From the NCBI GenBank assembly GCA_963713825.1, contig CAVQNG010000029.1:1-23509 (forward strand): a stretch of 23,509 nt of DNA, in the 5' to 3' direction. This document shows positions 1 through 7,987 of this stretch, in pieces. A program made the position numbers and the translations under genes. Numbering within the stretch: the first letter of the stretch is position 1; each line of letters starts with the position of its first letter. Below the pieces are notes generated by a model. The model worked only from the letters and a program-made list of their open reading frames with translations. It had not been told where the DNA came from and did no database searches. Source of the stretch: an uncultured Acidobacteriota bacterium. Its GTDB lineage: Bacteria; Acidobacteriota; Thermoanaerobaculia; Multivoradales; JAHEKO01.

Positions 1-311
1 TCTTCCTCGGTCTGCGGCAGATCGTAGGCCTGACCCTCGGCTTCCTTCTGGCGCAGCTCCTCGAGCTCCGCCTTGTTTGCCTTTTTCTTCTTGTTGGAGT
101 CGGAGATGGCGCCACCCGCGGCACCGCCGGCCGCGCCCACTGCGGCACCGACCACCGCTCCGCCAAGGTCACCCCCCACCAACAGACCGAGAATCGCCCC
201 GCCGGCTGCCCCTCGGCCGGCCCAGCGGCCGGTGCCACTTTTGGCGAGAAGTGGTGTGCTCGCCAGGGCGACCATGAGGGCAAGACTCGTCAGTTTCTTA
301 GCTCGGTTCAT
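1..311 (-). CDS. Secreted glycine-zipper protein (3' end runs off the window)
   Basis: Not in the ORF track. Manual translation from ATG at 311 (GGAAGGA upstream) gives MNRAKKLTSLALMVALASTPLLAKSGTGRWAGRGAAGGAILGLLVGGDLGGAVVGAAVGAAGGAAGGAISDSNKKKKANKAELEELRQKEAEGQAYDLPQTEE. Signal peptide, GxxxG repeats and a charged helix; open to the window edge. Confidence 0.8.
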   Translation of the reverse strand, partial: MNRAKKLTSLALMVALASTPLLAKSGTGRWAGRGAAGGAILGLLVGGDLGGAVVGAAVGAAGGAAGGAISDSNKKKKANKAELEELRQKEAEGQAYDLPQTEE

Positions 312-404
312 ACGGAGATCCTTCCCATGAATGACTCTTTGTGTAACGAGCGCATGGTCCCGTGAGACAACGACCTCGTACGGGGGCTGCATCCTATCAG
401 AGGT

Positions 405-444
405 GCTTGATGTCGTGATGTTATAGAGCTTGATGCTATGATGT
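405..444 (+). promoter_or_regulatory. Putative vapBC promoter/operator: 17-bp imperfect direct repeat plus extended -10
   Basis: GCTTGATGTCGTGATGT (405-421) and GCTTGATGCTATGATGT (428-444) match at 14/17. TG-C-TATGAT (434-442) lies 6 nt before ATG 449 and there is no Shine-Dalgarno. Confidence 0.55.
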
Positions 445-448
445 CACC

Positions 449-715
449 ATGAGAACAACGGTGCGAATCGAAGACGATCTGCTTCTCGAGCTCAAAGACA
501 AAGCCGCCCAAGAGGGATCCTCTCTTGCCAGGGTCTTCAACCAGGCCCTGCGAGCCGGGCTGCGAGCTGAGCAGAAGACCAAGAAACCCCGCCCTGGTTA
601 CCACGAGAAGACTCATTCGTTGGGTGTCCCCCGAGTCGACCTCACCAAGGCACTGTCTCTTTCCACGCAACTGGAAGACGACGAAGCTCTTCGCAAGGTG
701 CAGCTGCGCAAATGA
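449..715 (+). CDS. vapB: VapB-type antitoxin, ribbon-helix-helix (CopG-like)
   Basis: 88 aa. N-terminus MRTTVRIEDDLLLELKDKAAQEGSSLARVFNQALRAGL is typical of RHH antitoxins. ATGA overlap with the downstream PIN gene. Confidence 0.85.
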   Translation: MRTTVRIEDDLLLELKDKAAQEGSSLARVFNQALRAGLRAEQKTKKPRPGYHEKTHSLGVPRVDLTKALSLSTQLEDDEALRKVQLRK

Positions 716-1140
716 AACTGGTCGACCTCAACGTCCTGCTCTACATCGTCAACGAGGACGCGGTTCATCACCAAGCGTCTCTCGATTGGTGGGAAGAGAC
801 TCTACAGGGAGATGAGCCCGTGGGCCTCGCCTGGGTGGTTCTACTCGGCTTTCTTCGGCTGAGTACGAACCCGACTATCTTTCCTTCTCCTCTAGATTCC
901 GAAACCGCGCTTGCCAAGGTCGGAACCTGGTTGTCTCTCTACCAGGCTCGCCTTGTCCGGGAGAGTGACGACCACTGGCATATCCTCTGTGGCCTTCTTG
1001 CCGAAACTGGCAGCGCCGGAAACCTGACAACGGATGGGCACCTGGCCGCTCTGGCCATCAGTCATGGTGCGACCCTCGTCTCCTTCGACAACGACTTCGC
1101 GCGCTTCCCAGGTCTGCGTTGGGAGAGCCCACCAGGCTAA
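712..1140 (+). CDS. vapC: VapC-family PIN-domain ribonuclease toxin
   Basis: 142 aa with PIN motifs LVDLNVLLY, GFLRLSTNP, GNLTTDGHLAALA and LVSFDNDFARFPGL. Translationally coupled to the antitoxin. Confidence 0.92.
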   Translation: MKLVDLNVLLYIVNEDAVHHQASLDWWEETLQGDEPVGLAWVVLLGFLRLSTNPTIFPSPLDSETALAKVGTWLSLYQARLVRESDDHWHILCGLLAETGSAGNLTTDGHLAALAISHGATLVSFDNDFARFPGLRWESPPG

Positions 1141-1164
1141 GCACCATTTCCGTCCGAGAGACTC

Positions 1165-1466
1165 TCACTCCTTGCCTGACAACTGACTCAGCTCGCTCTC
1201 GAGCGCCCACAGGCTTGTCTTCGTCTTGGCGAGGCTCTCAAGCGCTGCCGAGAGTCGTGCCGCTTCCTCTTCGCCATAGGCGGCCGTCAGCACCTCCATC
1301 CTCGACGGCCAGTCGTCGAGCGAGGCGAATTCGTCAAACCCGTAGAAATAGGTCAGCTGCGAGCGATCGCCGCCGATGGCGTTACCGTAGACGAGCCAGG
1401 TCTGTTCTCCGCCCGCCTGCTCGAAGGCCTTCTTGACGCGCAGTGCCAGGGCTGAGTACTCGACCA
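1165..1466 (-). pseudogene. 3' remnant (~100 codons) of a hypothetical protein gene cut by the IS6 element
   Basis: Open frame with no start codon, running from the IS end to TGA at 1165-1167: VEYSALALRVKKAFEQAGGEQTWLVYGNAIGGDRSQLTYFYGFDEFASLDDWPSRMEVLTAAYGEEEAARLSAALESLAKTKTSLWALESELSQLSGKE. Protein-like composition and GC3-rich codons. Confidence 0.7.
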
Positions 1467-2271
1467 GGCACTGTCAACTTGGCGTTTGTCGAGCGAGATT
1501 GGAGCCGAAAAGGCAGCTCGTTTCTGGATCAGTCAGGCGCACGTCACCTCAGACCAAACAAGGAAGGAGCGGGCACGCAGTATCCGGTGGTTGGCTGGCC
1601 GCAGCAGATGCCGCCCGACCCTGAAGAGATTCAGGATGACTCCGTGAACCGACAAGAATCGTTGGGCTTGAGCGACGGACTTGAACCTTCGCATCCTTCG
1701 CTCCCGTTGTCGGGTTCGCTGATGGGAGACCTCGGCCCGATTGTTGGCGTAGCGGCCGGTGTCGTGAACAACGGAAGGCATTACAGTTCGATGCGCTGCC
1801 CCATAACTCCTCAGCTTGTCGGTCACCAGCCGCCGAGGTTCGCTTCCCTGGCCCTTGAAGAGCTTGCGAAAGAACCGCTTGGCTGCACGCCGATCGCGAC
1901 GCGGCTGCACGAGAATGTCGAGGACGTCGCCGTCCTGATCAACAGCGCGCCAGAGATACTGCCGCTGACCCTGGATCGTGACCAAGAGCTCATCCAGGTG
2001 CCAGGTGTCGCCCAGGCGACCTTCTCGCCGCTTGAGCTTTCGAGCGTACTGAGCACCAAACTTCCGAGACCACTGTCGGATGGTCTCGTAGGACACGATG
2101 ACGCCCCGCTTGGCGAGGAGGTCTTCAACATCTCGGAAGCTCAAACAGAATCGGTAGTAGAGCCAAACAGCGTGGCTGATGACCTCGGGCGGGGACCGGT
2201 ATCCGCGGTAGCTCGGTGTTTTGGCGTTCATCGGCGCAGTCTGCCAGGCAACGCCTCAACTTGACAGTACC
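1467..2271 (-). mobile_element. IS6-family insertion sequence, 805 bp
   Basis: Terminal inverted repeats GGCACTGTCAACTT (1467-1480) and AACTTGACAGTACC (2258-2271; reverse complement GGTACTGTCAAGTT, 12/14 match) enclose one transposase ORF. The flanks CTCGACCA and GTGCAAAC are not a target duplication. Confidence 0.92.
1533..2231 (-). CDS. IS6-family DDE transposase
   Basis: 232 aa with motifs ISHAVWLYYRFCLSFRDVEDLL, WHLDE, YLWRAVDQDGDVLDILVQ, VTDKLRSY and NNRAEVSHQ. Confidence 0.95.
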   Translation of the reverse strand: MNAKTPSYRGYRSPPEVISHAVWLYYRFCLSFRDVEDLLAKRGVIVSYETIRQWSRKFGAQYARKLKRREGRLGDTWHLDELLVTIQGQRQYLWRAVDQDGDVLDILVQPRRDRRAAKRFFRKLFKGQGSEPRRLVTDKLRSYGAAHRTVMPSVVHDTGRYANNRAEVSHQRTRQRERRMRRFKSVAQAQRFLSVHGVILNLFRVGRHLLRPANHRILRARSFLVWSEVTCA

Positions 2272-2588
2272 GTGCAAACCGTCGGACCAGCGGTTTTCCC
2301 GCCTCTGGAGGCGCTTTGGGAGACTCGCTGGGGGCGGGCTCGTCCGAGACACGGCGGGGAGTTCGGTAGTATGGCCTCCAATCCTGGGTCTGGAACTGGA
2401 ACAGGGAGCCAAATGGCAGATCTCGGATTAGACGAAGGCTGGTATACCGCGTTTCGAGCCTCAGAGAGGTCACGTGGGTTCGAATCGCGTTTAGGACACA
2501 AGTACACACCAAGATTGGGTACACGAAGATGGTGTATCTGAATTTGACTGGTTGAGTGCGCTCGGCGGAGGCCTCGGAAGGGAGTGCA

Positions 2589-3611
2589 ATGTCGATGAAC
2601 AAGTCGGAAGAAGAGCCGGTCCCGATCGGCGCGGGACGGGGGGCGCACTACTGGGGTCGCTTCTATGCCCTGCTCAGCATCGCGGCGATCGTGGCGACGA
2701 TCGGACTCCTTTCCAACTCCGGTGCGATCGTCATTGCCGGCATGCTCCTCGCGCCGCTGATGGAGCCGATCCTCGGGATCTCCTCCACGCTGGTTCAGGG
2801 CTATCTCGGACGGGTTGTTCGCCTTCTCGGTGCAACGCTCGTGGCCGCGATCGTCACGGTCGCCTGGGGCTACGTCATCCTGGTGGTCTTCGACATCCCA
2901 AGTGGCGTGGAGATCCCCTCCGAGGTGATGTCGCGTACCAGTCCGGGCCTCCCGGATCTCCTCGTGGCGCTCGTGGCCGGCATCGCTGGGTCCTACGTAC
3001 AGATGCGCCGCGAGGAGGCTGGCCTGCTACCGGGCGTCGCCATCGGCGTATCCCTCGTGCCGCCGCTGGCGGCTTCGGGGATGCTGCTGTACTTCGACCA
3101 GCCCGCGCTCGCCGGGGAGGCGGCACTGCTCTTCCTCACCAACCTCGCCGCCATCGTGCTTTCGGCCTGTGCCGTGTTCTTCGCCCTCGGCCTACGCCCC
3201 GCCCGCAGTGGACGCGGTAAGCCGCTGGCCGTCTGGCTCGGCACCGCCGCGTCCCTCCTGGTCGTCGTCGTGATTGCCGGGCACCTGACGGACAGGACCC
3301 TGCATCACCTCCGCGAAGCCCATGAGGAGCAGCGGATCACGACGGTCGTCAAGGACTGGGCGGGCAGTCACCCCGTCGAGATTCACAAGATCGACGTGAG
3401 AGACGACATCGTCGAGATCCGACTTCTCTTCGGGGTTCCCTGGACCGGGGCGGATGAACTGGTCACTCCCGGAGCGCTCGTGTCGAAGTCGCTATCCAAG
3501 GTGACCCTGAGAGACCGCATCGCCTCGACGTTGGAGCGCAACGTCACCATCCTGCTCAGTGGCCAGATTGTCTTCGAGGAATCGATGGAGGCAGTACCTC
3601 CGAGGCCGTGA
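2589..3611 (+). CDS. DUF389-family membrane protein
   Basis: Motifs GLLSNSGAIVIAGMLLAPLM, SRTSPGLPDLLVALVAGIAG, LPGVAIGVSLVPPLA and LLFLTNLAAI, with several hydrophobic helices. ATG 2589 follows AAGGGAG. Confidence 0.88.
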   Translation: MSMNKSEEEPVPIGAGRGAHYWGRFYALLSIAAIVATIGLLSNSGAIVIAGMLLAPLMEPILGISSTLVQGYLGRVVRLLGATLVAAIVTVAWGYVILVVFDIPSGVEIPSEVMSRTSPGLPDLLVALVAGIAGSYVQMRREEAGLLPGVAIGVSLVPPLAASGMLLYFDQPALAGEAALLFLTNLAAIVLSACAVFFALGLRPARSGRGKPLAVWLGTAASLLVVVVIAGHLTDRTLHHLREAHEEQRITTVVKDWAGSHPVEIHKIDVRDDIVEIRLLFGVPWTGADELVTPGALVSKSLSKVTLRDRIASTLERNVTILLSGQIVFEESMEAVPPRP

Positions 3612-3787
3612 AACTCGAACCCTGTTTCGGCTGCGGGGCCTCAGTGCCCTCGATCGACGGGCCAACACATCGCTACATGTTCTCTTCGCCTGGCTGTTGG
3701 GCATCTAGATGTGCCGCTGGATGCGGTCCTCCACCCGGTCGCCCGTTCCGCCCAAGACGCGACCGAAAACCAGCAAGTGGCGAGTAG
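3608..3787 (+). pseudogene. Truncated DUF5946-like gene (N-terminal ~32 codons only)
   Basis: GTG overlaps the DUF389 stop (GTGA). It reads MKLEPCFGCGASVPSIDGPTHRYMFSSPGCWA, resembling the CxxCG...GPTHRY..SSPGCW N-terminus I recall for DUF5946, then drifts into non-protein-like sequence to TAG 3785-3787. Confidence 0.55.
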
Positions 3788-3908
3788 CCTGTCTTCAACC
3801 TTCGCTTACTACGCAGGTCTTAAGAACTGTCGCCAGTTCCTGGGTCGGGGTTTGCCCTTGGCCAACCGGGAATCGTCTGACAAAAATGAACCGACCAAGG
3901 AGAACACC

Positions 3909-4217
3909 ATGAAACGTCGAACAATCCATTGCTTACTCGCCGTCCTCACGCTGTCCCTCATGCTGGTGGGTTCCGCCACCGCAGGCGAAGACAGAATCGC
4001 CCGTTCCAGGTCTGCCGCACCAGCCTCCATCAGCGACGACGCGACCGTGATGGAAGGCGACGGCACGAATCTCCATGAAGGCAGCAATGGCTGGACATGC
4101 ATGCCCGATACGATGCCCAACGACGGCGCCCCGATGTGTAATGACGCAATGTGGACTGAAACCTGGCAGCCGCCGTTCGGATCTGGATCTCCGATCTGTT
4201 CTCTTGGTTGCGGTTAG
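3909..4217 (+). pseudogene. Secreted hypothetical protein, probably C-terminally truncated
   Basis: AAGGAGA then ATG 3909; signal peptide; conserved-looking SAAPASISDDATV...EGSNGWTCMPD...PMCNDAMW. The tail after this W looks unrelated and overlaps the convergent gene's stop. Similar proteins I recall are longer. Confidence 0.55.
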
Positions 4218-4783
4218 CCCACGTCGGTGACGAATCCGTAAGAGCCCACAAGAATCGCAAACAGAATCCAGGCCACGACAGTCAACACGGCGTGGACTGC
4301 TGTGCTGGCTGTTACCGCCAGGGTCACGGTGACGGCCAGAAAGAGAAGCAGCCACTCGAGGATCGGATCAAGTTGGCCGAAAATCACCGGGTAGATCGAC
4401 ATCCCCCACACCACGGCCACCGACATGGTGGCAAAAAAGCTGCGGTGGACTCGGTAGTAGTACTGTCGTGAGTCGATATCCGGTTCGGAGCCGAGGTCGG
4501 GAATCAGGATGTTGGTGGCAGCGGACAGCGCCACTGGTCCGCCAAGAAGAAAGAGATAGGTGAGATAGTTCCAGTCTGTTGCCAGCCGGAATTCCCAGAA
4601 GCTCCACCAGACGTGAAAATAGAGTAACAGCAACAGCGAGAGCCAAGCGCCGTGCAGCCAGTAGGGCCGTACCTGAGCCCGGTGCTTGACCATCTCACCT
4701 ACCGCGGTGATCAGACGCACCACGCCCATGCCCAAGAGGACCGCGAACATGACAGCGAGGAATGGAAATGCGGAGACGGTCAT
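4214..4783 (-). CDS. Hypothetical integral membrane protein (about 6 TM helices)
   Basis: 189 aa with repeated hydrophobic segments and YWLHGAW, WWSFW, WNYLTYLF and YYYRVHRSFF motifs. Confidence 0.8.
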   Translation of the reverse strand: MTVSAFPFLAVMFAVLLGMGVVRLITAVGEMVKHRAQVRPYWLHGAWLSLLLLLYFHVWWSFWEFRLATDWNYLTYLFLLGGPVALSAATNILIPDLGSEPDIDSRQYYYRVHRSFFATMSVAVVWGMSIYPVIFGQLDPILEWLLLFLAVTVTLAVTASTAVHAVLTVVAWILFAILVGSYGFVTDVG

Positions 4784-4805
4784 CGACTATCGATGATAGC
4801 TCACC

Positions 4806-5016
4806 AGTGGTGGATGAGCTTCTACAACGAGCGCCGACCGCACTCGTTGCTCGACGACCGGACGCCCGAGGAGGCGTACACTGACGACGGGGCTGCTCGG
4901 AGACCGGGGCTTCGCCCCGCCGCCTCACAGCTCTAAAGAGGAAGCAGCCTGAATCATGAACCCGCATCCCACCTTAGCTGTCACTGAAAACTGTCCGAAG
5001 GATGGGGTCCACCTCT
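4806..5016 (+). mobile_element. IS3-family remnant: transposase C-terminus plus right terminal repeat
   Basis: WMSFYNERRPHSLLDDRTPEEAY matches the IS3 integrase-core end (YN..RPHS.L...TP). It is followed by AACTGTCCGAAGGATGGGGTCCACCTCT (to ~5016), an IS3-type end. The rest of the element is missing. Confidence 0.8.
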
Positions 5017-5145
5017 GTAGTACATCGCCTCGATTTGACCGTTTGCCGAGATGCCCTAGATGGCGATGGTAAAACAACGTCAAAAGATCTTATGCATCAC
5101 TTCTCTCCGCAATCAACAACCAAGATATCGATTGGTGCATTTAAG

Positions 5146-5177
5146 AAAAAAAAGGCCGTCACAAAGACGGCCTTTTT
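5146..5177 (-). terminator. Rho-independent terminator after the arylsulfatase (potentially bidirectional)
   Basis: A8-GGCCGTC-acaaa-GACGGCC-T5. On the minus strand the hairpin is followed by U8, about 22 nt past the sulfatase stop. Confidence 0.85.
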
Positions 5178-5199
5178 CCCTAATTGCTGTTTGCAACTA

Positions 5200-6756
5200 C
5201 TAGTTAGTAGTGGCCTTATTCGCTTCTTCGATCTGTTTCTGCATCTTCGTCAAATTGAACGAACCTGGTGTTTGGCTGGGCGGGTAGTCCTTGAAGGTCA
5301 TCATGAACTCACCAACCATCTCGGTGATTGGCACCATAACGAAAGCGTGATCGAGCCACCAGTCGTAATAAGTGTTCGAGTTTTCCTGGGCTTTTTCATA
5401 CGGATCGCGTCGCAGATTGAAAATCAATGGGGCGCGTAACGTTACAAATGGTTCCAGCCAGAGAGCCATTGTTTTAGCACGCATCTCCTGGAAGGTAATC
5501 TTCCAATCTTGGTAGCGGGCAGCAACAAGCTCGCCGACATCACTTACATAGATGAACTCATCGCGTGGCGACTCTTTCACCTTGCCCGTCAGGTAATCGA
5601 GCTGGTTATAGCCATCAATGTAGTTCTTGTAAGTGCGACCATTGAGCTCTACACCCTTCAAAAGCTCTTCCTTGATGTCGGGTGCACCGGCGATAGCAGC
5701 AAATGTAGGCAGCCAATCTTCGTGTGCAACAAGACCATTGAGGGTTACGCCTGCAGGGAAATGACCGGGCCAACGTACAAAGGCAGGCACACGGTAAGCA
5801 CCTTCCCAGTTGGTGTTCTTTTCACTGCGGAATGGTGTGGTGCCAGCATCGGGCCAGGTATTGTAGTGCACGCCGTTATCGGTGGAATACTGAACAACCG
5901 TGTTATCGGCAATACCCAGATCATCCAGCAACTCGAGGAACTGGCCGACATGCATGTCGTGTTCAACCATGCCGTCACCGTATTCATCCTGCCCAGAAAT
6001 ACCTACATGTTCTTCCTTTAGATGGGTGCGAAAGTGCATGCGCGTGCCATTCCACCAAACAAAAAATGGTTTGTCAGCTTTGACCTGCTCTGTAATGAAT
6101 TTCTTGGCGGCTGCAACAGTTTCATCATCAACTGTTTCCATGCGCTTTATGGTCAGCGGGCCTGTGTCTTCAACCTTCTGTCCACCCTGGCCATCAGCCC
6201 AGGAATGGATCACCCCGCGCGGGCCATACTTTTTACGAAACTCGGGATCTTTCGGATAGTCTCTGTGCTCCGGTTCTTCTTCGGCATTCAAATGATAGAG
6301 ATTGCCCATGAATTCGTCGAAGCCGTGCATCGTCGGCAGATGCTCATCGAGATCGCCTACGTGATTTTTGCCAAACTGGCCTGTTGCGTAACCTTGGCTT
6401 TTCAGTACCGTGGCCATCGTCACATCCGTTTTCTGCCAGCCTTCCTTCGCACCAGGTAAACCGACCTTGGTCATACCACTGCGAACAGGGACACTTCCGC
6501 TGATGAAAGCCGCTCGACCTGCCGTGCAACTTTGTTGAGCGTAATAGTCAGTGAAACCTAGGCCTTCTTTGGCGATGCGGTCAATGTTGGGCGTCATATA
6601 ACCCATCAAGCCGCGATTGTTATAGCTGATATTTTCGATGCCGATATCATCTCCCCAGATAACCAGGATATTCGGCTTCTCCTGGGCCATGGCTCCTGTA
6701 GTCAGGGCCAACACCAAAAGGAACAATGCAGCTGCTACGAATTTGCTTTGTCGCAT
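5200..6756 (-). CDS. Arylsulfatase (formylglycine-dependent sulfatase), exported
   Basis: AAGGAGAGG then ATG 6756; signal peptide; KPNILVIWGDDIG, TPNIDRIAKEG, SCTAGRAAFISG (C-x-A-x-R), FGKNHVGD, STDNG, EKNTNWEG and FNLRRDPYE. Confidence 0.93.
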   Translation of the reverse strand: MRQSKFVAAALFLLVLALTTGAMAQEKPNILVIWGDDIGIENISYNNRGLMGYMTPNIDRIAKEGLGFTDYYAQQSCTAGRAAFISGSVPVRSGMTKVGLPGAKEGWQKTDVTMATVLKSQGYATGQFGKNHVGDLDEHLPTMHGFDEFMGNLYHLNAEEEPEHRDYPKDPEFRKKYGPRGVIHSWADGQGGQKVEDTGPLTIKRMETVDDETVAAAKKFITEQVKADKPFFVWWNGTRMHFRTHLKEEHVGISGQDEYGDGMVEHDMHVGQFLELLDDLGIADNTVVQYSTDNGVHYNTWPDAGTTPFRSEKNTNWEGAYRVPAFVRWPGHFPAGVTLNGLVAHEDWLPTFAAIAGAPDIKEELLKGVELNGRTYKNYIDGYNQLDYLTGKVKESPRDEFIYVSDVGELVAARYQDWKITFQEMRAKTMALWLEPFVTLRAPLIFNLRRDPYEKAQENSNTYYDWWLDHAFVMVPITEMVGEFMMTFKDYPPSQTPGSFNLTKMQKQIEEANKATTN

Positions 6757-6833
6757 CCAACCTCTCCTTTTCTGTCCATTGACTTGTGTTGATGCAATCG
6801 CGTCACACATCTACAGGTGCTTCGTACCACTCC

Positions 6834-7079
6834 TCAACGCTCGCAGGCGATCCCTTCAACGCTGCGGGTCTCTCGGGTCTTGAGAATCGCCTGGTCCGCC
6901 GCGACGCTCGCCGCACGGGCCGCCGCCCCACCGAGGTCGCCTCCCACCAGCAGACCGAGAATGGCACCACCGGCGGCCCCTCTGCCAGCCCAGCGCTTGG
7001 CGACCTTGCCGGCGAACAGTGGCGGTGTCATCAAGAGACAACCCATCAGGAGCAAGACAAGTGTGCGAATTTCGGTCAT
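6834..7079 (-). pseudogene. Degenerate paralog of the glycine-zipper gene at 1-311
   Basis: Signal peptide plus an identical RWAGRGAAGGAILGLLVGGDLGGA core, then the zipper decays (AARAASVAADQ) and the frame stops early. Start taken at MTEIRTLV after AAAGAAGAG. Confidence 0.6.
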
Positions 7080-7124
7080 GGTGCTCTTCTTTCCCGTTTC
7101 CTGCCACTCTGTTCCACGCAACCT

Positions 7125-7943
7125 CTAGCGGGTCCTTCCCGGGCCTCGAAAGGGAAACGTGAACCCGATGCGGACAACCCAGTCGGGGGCACCGTCGGGC
7201 TTGACTACGTTGGCGTAGGCCTGCAAGGACACATTCATCCTCGCTGGATCGAACTCGAAGCTCCTGCCGATGCCACCGCCCAGCGGCACGAGCCATCTCT
7301 GCCCCGAGGCGGCGTTCCAGTTCGCCGTGATGATGGGTGCGGAGACGAAGAACCATTTCCCGCCGAGGGTACGTCGGACCAGCCCTCGCGCCAGCAGCTG
7401 ATGAATCTCCGCCCGGTCGGAATCGCCGGCAAACGACCATCGATTGGCGGCGAGTACCCCGAACCGCCAGGCGCCGACCTGGTGGCCGAGGCGCACCGCC
7501 GGCCCCGCCTGCCACTTGCCGCTGCCCAGAAGATCGTCGGTCGCGATGGGAATACCGACGGCCACCCCCACACCCCACATCGAACCCTCGGATGTCGTTC
7601 GCGTGTAGAAGACGGCGTCGGTGAGATCACCGAGGCCGAAGACCTTGGGTCCGGGAATCGGTTCCGGGTTGCCGGGAGCACCGGGTCTTCCTCCCGGCGC
7701 ATCCGCGATCGTCACCATCGCGACGTTGACCAACTTCCAATCTTCGCGGACAACAATGGAGTTGACGGGAATCACTCGTCCGATGATGGCGTCGCCGTTG
7801 TCGGCTCCGGAGTCGGATTCGATCTCGAACGGCAGCAAGAAGACGCGTCCCACGGCCTCCTGCGCCACCACCGCAGCCGCCCACATCCCAACGACTGCCA
7901 TCACCAGGAGGACTCTCGTCGAGCTCTTTCGTGCCAAGATCAT
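7125..7943 (-). CDS. Exported putative outer-membrane beta-barrel protein ('neuromedin U'-labelled bacterial family)
   Basis: Signal peptide, GLGDL, WGVG...IPIATDDLLGSGKWQAGP, VSAPIITANW, WLVPLGGGIG and NVVKPDGAPDW; alternating-hydrophobic, Phe-rich C-terminal strand. Confidence 0.8.
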   Translation of the reverse strand: MILARKSSTRVLLVMAVVGMWAAAVVAQEAVGRVFLLPFEIESDSGADNGDAIIGRVIPVNSIVVREDWKLVNVAMVTIADAPGGRPGAPGNPEPIPGPKVFGLGDLTDAVFYTRTTSEGSMWGVGVAVGIPIATDDLLGSGKWQAGPAVRLGHQVGAWRFGVLAANRWSFAGDSDRAEIHQLLARGLVRRTLGGKWFFVSAPIITANWNAASGQRWLVPLGGGIGRSFEFDPARMNVSLQAYANVVKPDGAPDWVVRIGFTFPFRGPGRTR

Positions 7944-7987
7944 TTTCCTCGAATACCCTCAGCTCCTCGACTGCGATTCGATACGTC

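Noticed and set aside
1443-2264. 273-aa plus-strand ORF
   Set aside because: Antisense shadow of the IS6 transposase; no independent motifs.
2439-2500. Intact tRNA gene
   Set aside because: Only the T-loop matches; no acceptor, D or anticodon stems could be paired and there is no CCA.
3711-3908. N-terminal extension of the 168-aa ORF
   Set aside because: A strong SD and signal peptide place the start at 3909.
5017-5097. Possible gene start after GGAGAGAAG on the minus strand (MHKIF*RCFTIAI*...)
   Set aside because: Two stops within 14 codons and no recognisable family; too short to support.
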